Shown: piece after piece, positions 53,501-64,000 of the stretch
Numbering within the stretch: the first letter of the stretch is position 1
Layout: each line of letters begins with the position of its first letter
NCBI RefSeq assembly: GCF_032062105.1
Contig: NW_026940030.1
Span: 310,001 to 374,000 of the forward strand
Direction of reading: 5' to 3'
DNA length: 64,000 nt
Origin: Saccostrea cucullata
Lineage: Eukaryota
Notes under the pieces: model-generated
What the model was told of the DNA's origin: nothing
Databases searched by the model: none
Seen by the model: only the letters and a program-made list of their open reading frames with translations
Made by a program: the position numbers and the translations under genes

Positions 53501-56500
53501 AACTTGCAATTTTTGATTTTTGTTAAGCAGACTCAAACTTGACTTCCGGTTATGGTATGAAAATCGTTCAACCATTAAATTACCAATGTTTACCAAAGTG
53601 AAGATATCCATAATTTTAAGATACAATTTTTTTTGCTTTACATAATTATTTCCCCCTAAAGTAGGATGTTGCGTTTCTTTTGCGTGTCAGTATAGTTTTA
53701 AACTATCACGGGTTTCATGAGCGCCGAATACTTAGCTATGCAGACTTTAAATGGGCATAAGGAAAGGCGTATAACGTGGAGAAAAGAGAATCTGTAATTA
53801 TACATGAATGCGTTTTATCCCAATATCTTACATGTACCTCGCATATATCAGAAACTGCATGGACTATTCTGTAATAAACATTCAAAAATGATAAAGACTG
53901 ATATCTTTTCGATAAGAATTTTATGCCAGGCTCTAAAAACTGAAAATTTACCGTATTTATATCAATTTTTTAACGTAAGTTAAACTTTTGGGATTGCTAC
54001 CTCCTAGAGACAGATTTTTTTATCCCACTTAAAACGTATTCTAAGCTTTCAAGTCGTGTTTGTTCACGGTAGAATTGTCATAAATATTATATTATTCCCA
54101 AATGCGCATAAAGTTTACAAAAAGTTTGTTCTAAAAAAAATCTTTTGAGCAAAAAACTTAAAAACCACGTGTTTTATTTATTTTCTCATGGGTTAGTCTA
54201 AATGCTGTTATCTGATTGGTCAGACTGGTTAGTGTCTTGTTTATTCCGTGTATTAATAGCAATTCACAGTTATCGTTCTTGACTGCCTTATTTAGAAATC
54301 GTCCAGACGACCTACTTAAGGATAATGATAACGCATTATCAGGCAGGTATAGACAGAGACAAACTACGAATCGCACTAGAACCAGAGGCGGCTTCCATTT
54401 GGTGCAAGCATTTACCTGTGGAAAAACTCAAAGGAAGTGATAACAGAATAGACTCTTTTCAAGTGGGCAGCAAATATCTCGTTCTGGACGCAGGAGGTTT
54501 GTTCTTTGACAGTCTAATTAGATTGGTTCTTTGAGGGGTAGAAAAATTTAATTGTAAATCTTTATTTAGTAAATAATTCAAATAAGTAATTGATACATGT
54601 GTATTTTTCATCTTCATAGAAGAATATCTTGCATCTATAACTCCCCGTCTGTCCCTTTCTATATTCTGTTAGCTCCATCCTTTACCTCTTGTATTTTTTC
54701 TCCACGTTAACCCATTCACCTTCTTTCTCCATCACATTTCTTCTTTTTTGATAGACAAAGTTTTCTGCAGTGTATTTCCATTTTACATTTGCTGTTCCAT
54801 AAGTTCCCTGTAATTCATATACTAGTATTTGTTCATCTCTTTATCCATACACATGATGTGTTTTTTGTATTCTTTTGTATATGTTTATTCGATTTTAACC
54901 CATTGAGCCAGGGAAAACACTAGCCACTAAAATCACAAGCTCTAGAAGTGCCAGAGAAGGCTAAGTATCCCAATGAAAACCGGTTTTACTAAGAGATGGG
55001 TACCCTTCAAGACTTTAGAAATAATGGCAGTGTCAATGTTTTACTATTGGAAACTCGAAACATGTGGCAGATCAAAATGTAAAATAAAATGTGAACAATG
55101 GCAATATGTGACTAGAAAGTCTGCTATTGCAAGCAGTAGCTTATGTCGCCCCGAACTGAACAAGACTGTCATTTTTTTCGTCACTAAAACAATACCCATT
55201 AGGTAAGCTTGGACAACCATCAACTCGTATCAGTACTTTCAGTACTTTGATTTAAAAATCCAAGTTAAAGAATTTTCACTTTTCCCATGTTTCCATGGAA
55301 ACTATTGATAATTTCTAATTTTTAAATCCAATGAGCACAATTACAGATACTAATCATTACATCAATAAAATTTCATGAAGAATGTTCAAGGGACCAGAGA
55401 GAACACTTGCGGACAAAATTTGTCGCTTTTTGCAGGTTTCCATGGCAAAGGTAGCCAATTTGAAACTGAATGACCACACAACACAACTACAACCAGCGAT
55501 CCTCCTTTAAGGAAAGTTTCAGGAAGATTGTCCCAGCCATATCCGAGAAACAGCTTGTACAACAAAAATCGCAATATGTCGTCCCCGACTTCGTTCGGGA
55601 CGACATAATAAAGATTCTGTGAAAGTTTCAATCAGTGGTATAAGAGGAGTTGCGGATAAGAGATGGGTACCCTAAAGCGTAACAGACGGACGGACGTACA
55701 GAGGGACATTCTAATTATTATATACCTTCACTCTTTTCAAGCGTGGGGTATAATAATGACCTAACAATTTGTATGGAGAATGTCATTCAGCGCTTGACAT
55801 TAAGAGGAAATGAATGTAATAAACTTGTTTTTTTTTATCGACCATATAATTCGCTAAATGTTGACTTTAAACGACAGTGTTTAGTGCCCTTGATTAATCA
55901 ACTTATTTGTCAGTATTCTGTCTTGGTTTAGAAAGTGCTCGTCTGCAGAACATGCCTTTGCGTATCAAATTAGAAACAAAAACAATGTGAAGATGACGCG
56001 GGTATATATCGGTATACTGCTTCATATAACAGGGGAAGTAGGCGATAGGGAAGTTGAAGTAATTACTTTTTCATATAATTATAAGTTAAGTAGTTAGTTT
56101 GCCATCAATACATTTCTGTAGTAAAACGACCAATTGATATAGATTGAATATGTCTGTAACTGTGGTGTCCATTATTTTGAGTTTAGTAGGATATATAGAA
56201 TCAATATATGACTAAAAATAAGTACGTCGTCTATAAACAGCATAAATCTCGAACGAAAGGCTAAAGTAAGGACTTGTTTTAGAATAAATCGGCAAACGCA
56301 ACATTGAAACCATCTTTACATTTGTTGATGAAGACAATATAGCATTTTACATGTAGATTTTTTTGAATCTTTAGATTGTTTTACTGTTCTATACAAGTGA
56401 TTCTTTTAAACCGATGTACTCTATTCGTAGGTGGTACAGTTGACATAACTATTCATGAGGTAAAAGACGGCGGAAAGATCCGAGAATTGGCGAAGGCCAG

Positions 56501-57488
56501 TGGTGGTGACTGGGGTGGAATCAACGTTGATAACGCTTTTAAGGCCGCACTGGTACATATTGTTGGAGAAACCTTGATGGAGGAGTTTCGTCATGAATGT
56601 ACGGCCGACTACATCGAGTTATTCAGGGACTTTGAAATAAAAAAGAGAAAAACTAACGAAAGCAACGACGTCTTTGTCACTTTGAAAATACCACTAAGTT
56701 TCGTAGACATGTGTGGAAACCTGAAGGGAATGATTTCATCTTCCAAATACAACGGGGAAATAAGGCTAGAATCAGATAAATTAAGAATAAGCCGTTCGAC
56801 TTTTGATGGGTTTTTTAAACCCACTTGCGACAAAGTTGTTGACCACGTAAGAGAACTTCTGGGTTCACAGAGGGCAAGAGGCGTAGACTTCATCCTCATG
56901 GTGGGTGGATTTTCAGAGTCACAGGTCTTGCAAGATGCAATAAAAGGAGCCTTCTGTTCAAACTATCGTGTCATAATACCTCAGGAAGCAGGACTGGCTG
57001 TGCTAAAGGGTGCTGTGCTTTTCGGCAAGAACCCAACCATCATCGACTGTCGAATTGCTCAAAGAACGTACGGAATTGCTTCTTCTACAACTTTCAACCC
57101 GGAAATACACAGAGAAGCAAAGAAGTTCAGAGTAAATGGCGTGGACAAATGCGACGGCCTTTTCAGCAGGCATGTAAAGAAAAACGATGAACTGAAGCTG
57201 AACGTAGCACAAGCAGAAAAGACATATACCCCTCTAAAATCTAACCAAACGAGTATGCGGATTTCCTTGTATAAATCAGAAAACGATAACCCCATGTATA
57301 TAGATGATCCAGGATGCAAATATCTAGGAAGTTATGATGTCGATATGCAAGACACTACTGGCGGATTAGACAGAAAAGTCAAGGTTAGCTTGCTCTTTGG
57401 GGACACTGAAATAGAGGTTCAGTCTTTGGTTGTAAGGACCGGTGATAAAACGTCAAGACAATTTGAGTTTCTTGAAGATGAACCTTAA
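50541..57488 (+). CDS. HSPA12A: Heat shock 70 kDa protein 12A/12B-like
   Basis: Exons 50541-50864 (AAIDFGTTYSGYAY, KAPT, FGYDAE), 52032-52253 (WLVTVPAIWDDPAKQFMRQAA), 54343-54496 (LEPEAAS, LVLDAGG), 56431-57488 (GTVDIT, SGGDWGG, MVGGFSES, AVLKGAV, FGDTEI). A versus B cannot be resolved. Confidence 0.93.
51080..51760 (+). mobile_element. 5'-truncated, decayed Penelope-like retroelement (RT C-terminal part plus 3' end) in HSPA12 intron 1
   Basis: Frameshifted translation YIDDVLSINN...TKLYDKRDDFNFSIVN...[22 protein letters not shown]...RLKSLFRKFYGRY. Confidence 0.85.
52854..53692. mobile_element. Non-autonomous Tc1/mariner element
   Basis: Perfect TIR TACTGACACGCAAAAGAAACGCAACA with TA flanks. 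Confidence 0.9.
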
Positions 57489-57629
57489 ATGTTTTTTCCT
57501 GAAGTTTGAAGGACAAGTGTGTTGACATTATTTATTTACCACTTGTAAATTTAAATTACTAATATAACAAATCTTCTATTTTGTACACGTTTATAAATAT
57601 ATGTGGAGTTCATTGCCATATATTAATCT

Positions 57630-58182
57630 TAAGGATGGCAATTTGTAACCGGTTAATCGATTAATCGGTCGGAACGATGCTAATCGGTTAGGAAATCCAT
57701 AATCGGTTAGTCGGAAAAAAATAAAATATATGTAAATTTGAGCGCAGTTTCCTTCAAATCCCTTCTGTTTTTTAGAAAGGAAATTTAAGCGCTGCATAGA
57801 TTTTTAATTAGTGTTTTACACATCTTTAAAATTGTAAATAAACTGAGAGTTCAGACATCGACTAGTTCTGATTATGGTGACAACGCAGACTTAACTTCTT
57901 ATACATCTACGTTGGAAAGTTATCCCTGTCTGATTTCTCAAGCAAGATTCACGTTTTTCTTAATTTTTATTTCTTGTCTATTGAAACTGAAATAAAATAT
58001 ATTCTTATGTACATAAAATTCCCCGATCAAAGTAATAAACAAAATGTAACTTCTAACGTCTTTTTAGCCTTTTTTGTGTATACGAAAAGAAAATGTCGTA
58101 TCTTGATACGACTAACTGATTAATCGGTCGGAACATTTTGCGATTAACCGATTAGCAATTCTGCAATCGATTGCCATCCCTA
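57630..58182. mobile_element. hAT-like non-autonomous element just 3' of HSPA12 copy 1
   Basis: TA(A/G)GGATGGCAAT termini and subterminal TAATCG(G/A)T repeats. TSD imperfect. Confidence 0.7.
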
Positions 58183-59442
58183 AATTTAATCTATAATACT
58201 TTTTATTACTATTTTTAAAATGAAGTCATAATTATTATATGAGGACAGGCTTGATCTCTCATTGGTTATCGTTATTTAATATCATCTGTATATCGTGTCA
58301 TATATGTAAATGTAAATCCCTATGTGACTTTATCTCACCTGATCTGAAAAATCACATAAGCTTTGCCTGTCTGTATGTCTATCCCTTCGTTTGTAAACTT
58401 TTCACTTTTTTGACTTCTTCTCCAGGACTATTTGATCAATTTTAACCAAACTTTTCCACAAAGGTTGAATGGAATTCAAGTTTGTTCAAATGAAGGACAG
58501 CGTCTTCATCTAAGGGGATGTAATTCAGAAATAGTGAAGTTATTATTGGCATGTTTTCTATACATTGCAGAATCGAATTTGTTCGAATCATGACCCAACG
58601 ATAAGTTTAGGATATTTCGGCAGTCCCTTAAAATCACACCAATTGAAATCAGCTACAATATTGAAAACCCCAAACCCTGGAATTGATTTAATGTAACACT
58701 TACAGCAACAAATAAGGGGACAGCATTTACATGTAAATTTACTGTAGCAAAATACTCTACGCAGAAAAAGTAAATGACTGTACCCCCTGTCCCTCTCCTC
58801 GTTCTACGGACCAGAATAGTGATTTTAGATTGTCTTGAGGTACATGTAAAATACTTTTTCGCGACAGGCCTTATAAATGGATTGGCAAACCTCATATGGC
58901 CTTCCAAATTTACTCTCGAGCTGTAATAGTTAAAAGTTAAGTGGATTTGAATTTCTTATATTTTTAATAAAGGGCAACGCCTTCTTCCAAGGGCAGATAA
59001 TTACGAAGAAGATTGGGGGTGGGGGGAATAAGGCGGGCGAAGTGCCTATAGATCGACAGATAAGAAGTGAAAAAAATAAATCTCAATTATATCCAAATTT
59101 TATTTGATATTTCATCTAATACTAAATGTACAATCTCTACAATTTACAAAAATCCCACAAACACCGAAAATATTTGCCTATGGTAAAGCATACACACATT
59201 AAAAAGAACAAAAATTGATAAGAAAACAAAGAGACCCAAGTGCCCATAACGTTCACCTATGTAATTTTGGCCATGCTGTTCTTCATCAGATTCCCCCTTG
59301 TATTTTCTATTGTGGCCTCGCTCTACCCTGGAGTCATGATTTGAAAAATGTATAATATTTACTACACCAGGATGCTTTCACATAAGTTTCAGTTATTCTT
59401 GAAGATAAGATTATTCAAGATTGCTATTTTACATTTCAACAT

Positions 59443-59530
59443 CATCGTCGGAAACCCACGGGTGATCTCGTCTTTACTTATCACGTGATAAGTAACTGTA
59501 GACGAGATCACCCGTGGGTTTCCGACGATG
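59443..59530. mobile_element. 88-bp palindromic mini-transposon (P-element- or hAT-like)
   Basis: Perfect 31-bp TIR CATCGTCGGAAACCCACGGGTGATCTCGTCT and perfect 8-bp TSD TTCAACAT (59435-59442 / 59531-59538). Confidence 0.9.
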
Positions 59531-61027
59531 TTCAACATAAAACTTGGATTTTCTTTTGTGGTCCCGTCCTACCCACAGGGGTCATGATTTGAACAATTTA
59601 AAATGTACACTACCCCAGGAAGCTTCCACAACAGTTTCAACTTTTCTGGTCCAGGGCTTCTTGACAAGATTTTTCAATGTTTTGCTTATTTATTTAAATG
59701 TAAAACTTTCATTCATTCATTATTGTGGCCCAGCCCTACCACTGGGGTCATAGTCTAAACGTACACTACCCCATGGTGCTTTACATAAATTTCAGCTTTT
59801 TGCCACAGTGGCTCTTGAAGAGAACATTTTTAATGACACTATCATATCTTTGTTATATCTTGTTTAACTGTCTATAGGTGGGGTGGGGGGTTGGGGGTTG
59901 GACCAATGGTCCTTCATTTAAACAATTTTAATTCCCCCTAATATCTTGCAAATAATTCCTAAAACGTGATTTTAAACATTTTTTCAAACTTTCCTTAAAC
60001 GTGCCCGGAACTAAGTGCAAAGACTAAATCCCAATTCCAGACATTTCAAAATTCTAGAGGCATTCCGATGAAATTAAACAGTTCTGAAATAATTCATCTT
60101 ACATTCAAATTTCTTAGGATGCCTCTATAAATTTGGATTGTTTGCAAGATGTGAGGGTTTTTAATCAATGTTTCAAGAGTCTGGTGCATAAAGATCGGTA
60201 GGAGTAGTAATATTTTCAACGAACTATCCAGGTAAACAAGCGACTTGAGCAGCCTCCATATATACCTTTACTTTAATACATATCAATAAGGTACATATAT
60301 ATATTAATCAACCAAGATCCAAGAATCTGTGGTCAAAGATGTTTATTCAAAACTTTACATTTTTATTTATGGAGAAAGTGAGAAAATTTCACGTCGTCAT
60401 TTTCTTTTCGAGTTAAGGTCACTTTAGCACTAAAATTATTGTTATTTCCGATAGAAGATATAATGAAAAACCAAAATAAATTTAACCGAAACATTAGTTC
60501 ATAAAAATTTGCAATTTTTGTAAGTTCTTTATATAAATATTAATGGATTTTTCCGCCACTATAGCTCCAATATGGCGAATATGTAAATGAGCAGAATGAA
60601 CATCGTTTCTACATAATGTAGTTTTGCCTGTTCATAAGGAGAATCAGAAGCAGGTCTAGCAGGTTATAAAATTTATTTTTTTAACCACATAAAGTTCTAA
60701 CATGAAATGGATTTCAGTTCATTCCCAAGGAACCCTTTCCTGTCCCCTCCAAAACTCCACGTGCTTTACTTCATATCTTAGGTTTATTTCTCTGTCCTTT
60801 ACCTTCATTTTAAAAGATATCGGAGCTTGGAAGTGAAGACTTTAGTCTTTTCAGAAACTTCCGGTTCAATCCTGAGACAAACAATATACTTCATTATTAA
60901 AGATTCAAACCAAAAATCGGTTACATAATTTTGCGCCCGAACGATAGATCCGAGGCGTATATTGTTTTGTCCTGTCTGTCTGTTTGCTAGCTGCAGATCT
61001 GTAGCATTATGGTTTATATATTTGTCT

Positions 61028-61195
61028 TTGACCATAACGCTACAGATCCCGTAATGCAAAAAAGATGCAATTTACGGCGCAATATTTTTTGCGCACTTCT
61101 GGTGAGAATTTCTCCACTTTCCAGCATCGGTCAATGAACTACCTTTCAACCTCTAATTCTATACACATTATTTAACTATTATCTGTATATTTTAT
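61028..61195. mobile_element. One arm of the same MITE family as 49600-50021
   Basis: Reverse complement aligns with ~49855-50023. Confidence 0.75.
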
Positions 61196-62217
61196 CCATC
61201 TCCCAACCCTTTATAGTCGTCTCAACAAGACTAGTGATAAGTTCGCTGGATTATTTGTAAGATTGCTGAAAGTTCACTTCAAGCGAGTTTATACCCTCCG
61301 TATACTGTAATCGGTATGTCCGTCCGTCTGTACGTCCATCCATCCGTTTGTTACGCTTTGGGGTACCCATTTCTTATCCTCAACTCCTTTCATACCACTG
61401 TATGAAATTTGATGAAACTTTCACAGAATCTTTATTACATATTTATGATATTGCCATTGTGCATCTTCTATTTTACTTTCTGATCGGACACATATTTTAG
61501 GTTTTCCAGAGCAAAACATGGACACTGCCATTTTTTTTTTCAATAATATTGAAGGGTACCGATCTCTTATCCGCAACTCCTCCTATACCACTGCATAAAA
61601 TTTAATGATACTTTCACTGATTCTTTAGTACATAATGCAATTGTGCACCTCTTATTCTACTTCTTGATCTGACACTTATATTTAGTAAAGTCTCTGACAC
61701 AGAGCCCTCTCCTGACATTATATACTATAAAGAAAGAAATTTTATCTCCCAAACGTTTTAAGAGCGGAGATGATGCAAATAATATCGGAATTCAGGTATT
61801 AAATATCCCCTTTAGGTCAGTACTGTTTTACCTTATTTGATTACCTTGACTGTGTATGTATTCAAATGTTTCAATAATCATGATAATCTGTACTTTCGTT
61901 TTGATTTTATAGGAAAAGCACAGGTAAGAAAAAGTTTAAAATATACAGATGTTTCGTTTTGTGACCAGACTAAACAATACCAAAAGAAAAATATTATACC
62001 GTAACATTATTGAGAAAAAAATTATTTTCCACTCTACTTAAACAATTGAGAATTAATGTAATGGATTTAATGAGTCTCTAATTGTGATACTGCCTTCACG
62101 CTCACATTTGTTATATTTGGATAAAATGATAAATATGATCGTCCCCTTTCTTGGGTTGGGTCAACTCAGGTATACATATGTAAACACATGCTCTATCTGA
62201 CAATTTTTTTTGACAGA

Positions 62218-62535
62218 ATGGCGGAAACTGATTATGATAGTTATTCTGTGGTAGCATCTATAGACATTGACACAACTCGTTCAAGCTATGCATTTGGATT
62301 TACATATAACTTAAAGAAGGACCAGTCAGATATTTATATCCCGTCATGGCGTCAACATGGCACGATGTCTAACATGACATCTACAACAGTCTTGTTAAAC
62401 AAAAAGAGAGAATTTGTGGACTTTGGTTATGAAGCAGAGGATCGGTATGAAAGACTTGCTGAAGAAGAAAAGAAGGAGGACTATTATTATTTCCATAGAT
62501 TTAAAATGTTACTTAATGACAAGATCAGGACAACA
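62218..62535 (+). CDS. HSPA12A: Second HSPA12-like gene, first coding exon; continues beyond the window
   Basis: VVASIDIDTTRSSYAFG...TTVLLNKKREFVDFGYEAEDRY...YYFHRFKMLL aligns with exon 1 of copy 1. Donor GTGAGT at 62536 is at the equivalent position. Confidence 0.85.
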
Positions 62536-64000
62536 GTGAGTATTCCGGGGTAGAAAGTCAAAAGTAACAAGAATAGATAAGGGTTACCCCATATCCAAAG
62601 ATATTCGACTTTTAGATTTAATATGTTTAACAGTGTTTAATGACATTTATAAAAATAAAACTGCACTGTCCAGTTATAGAACTTGTGTAAATTTCGTGAG
62701 TCCGTAGCATTACGGTCACCCAATATCCTAACCATGCTAACAAACAGTACACATACCTATGTCCGCAAGACCAGTTAGCCTTGGTCTATACACACGTGCG
62801 ATTGAGTTGTCAAACGGACTCCCGCAAACAGAGAAGTTACGATGGCAGACAGAACTTTTTTTCATAATTAGATCACATGAATACAAATTTTGATTCATAA
62901 AAATTAAACGACAGTCAGTTTAGAAATCCCCGGCCAGTTCGGGTTTTGTTACACATTTTACAGGTACTCTCCCGATGTGTAGTTTGTCTACACATGTGCA
63001 GGAATCTGCTCAGGGATTGAAAATTCCGTCATTTAATATACTACACACACAGAATGATTATTTTTTCTCTTAGATGAAACTATATGATAATTAACGAACA
63101 ATTAAGATGATTTTACTACAGTTGTTGATATTAGTATAATCAATTCATCAGTGAAAAAATATCAACCGAAGAATGACCTATATATTCTCTGTTATCAAAC
63201 ATGTTAAAAAAAAAGCTGAGGAGGGAGCGAGCGTAGGAATATTAACATTTTTTATTTTCATTTAGGGGGGAAAGTGATCTTTGGAGGAAAAATTAACATT
63301 AATTTTGGTTTCTTTTACGTATGACATACACAACATTATTCTTATCATGAACAATTATGTTGTATCTACTTATTAATGATGGAACTATTTTCGTCGGAAC
63401 AATTTGTGTGAGTCGCCGCTGAATACAGTAATATATCTTGCACTAATAGTATGCATTGATCGAATATATTAATCAAAGTACTGAAAGTACTGGGAAGCGC
63501 TAAGTATATTAATTTGAAATTTATCAGAAATATTTGAATTTAAAATGCCCTGTTGTATTGAATTTTAAGCGATATTTTGACAGTGGGATAGCGCTAGGTC
63601 GAGCACAGTTGTCAAAAAGTATGTGAGTCCCGATTTTGTGAACCCCGTTGGGATATGAAATCCAACATAATATCATGCCTTTTTTTCAAGCATTATACAT
63701 TATCTTCTTATGTCAAAAGATCAATCAATCTCATTTACAGTTCTGTACACGAAATTGCAAGAAAATATTTTTCCGTGTAAAATTATTTTTTTCTCCATCG
63801 CCTTGTAGGAATCTATAACAGGTCGTATTTGCGTATAAATTGCAATTTATTGGAAGAGAGATGTTAATCGAGTTTTCCGATGAAATGTAAACTCTAAATG
63901 TACATGTAGCTATACTTTTGCAGGAAAATGTATACATTGCATTTGAAAAAAAATGTGAACACTTGAAAATGTCGCTAAAATTCCTCTCATTTACGTGCAA

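Noticed and set aside
56609-57319. Antisense ORFs within the last HSPA12 exon
   Set aside because: Shadow ORFs of a long coding exon with no independent motifs.

Overview
AT-rich, intron-rich animal DNA. The repeat content and tandem HSPA12 genes suggest a bivalve, probably an oyster (inference). Gene order: 5' end of CDKL5 (-), OFD1 (+, about 29 exons), IK/Protein Red (-), dCMP deaminase DCTD (+, head-to-head with IK, 168 bp between the ATGs), a diverged second DCTD (+), a complete HSPA12-type Hsp70 (+), and the first coding exon of a second HSPA12 with a degenerate nucleotide-binding motif. Introns and spacers hold many mobile elements: a deleted MULE, hAT, pogo/Tc1, Harbinger and CACTG MITEs, foldbacks, Helentron-like repeats, Penelope-like RT remnants and a ~57-bp satellite. 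The most striking non-genic structure is a miniature LTR retroelement (38795-39173) whose LTRs contain a tRNA-derived Pol III cassette, with PBS, PPT and a 4-bp TSD. Exon coordinates were read by eye and may be off by a few bases.
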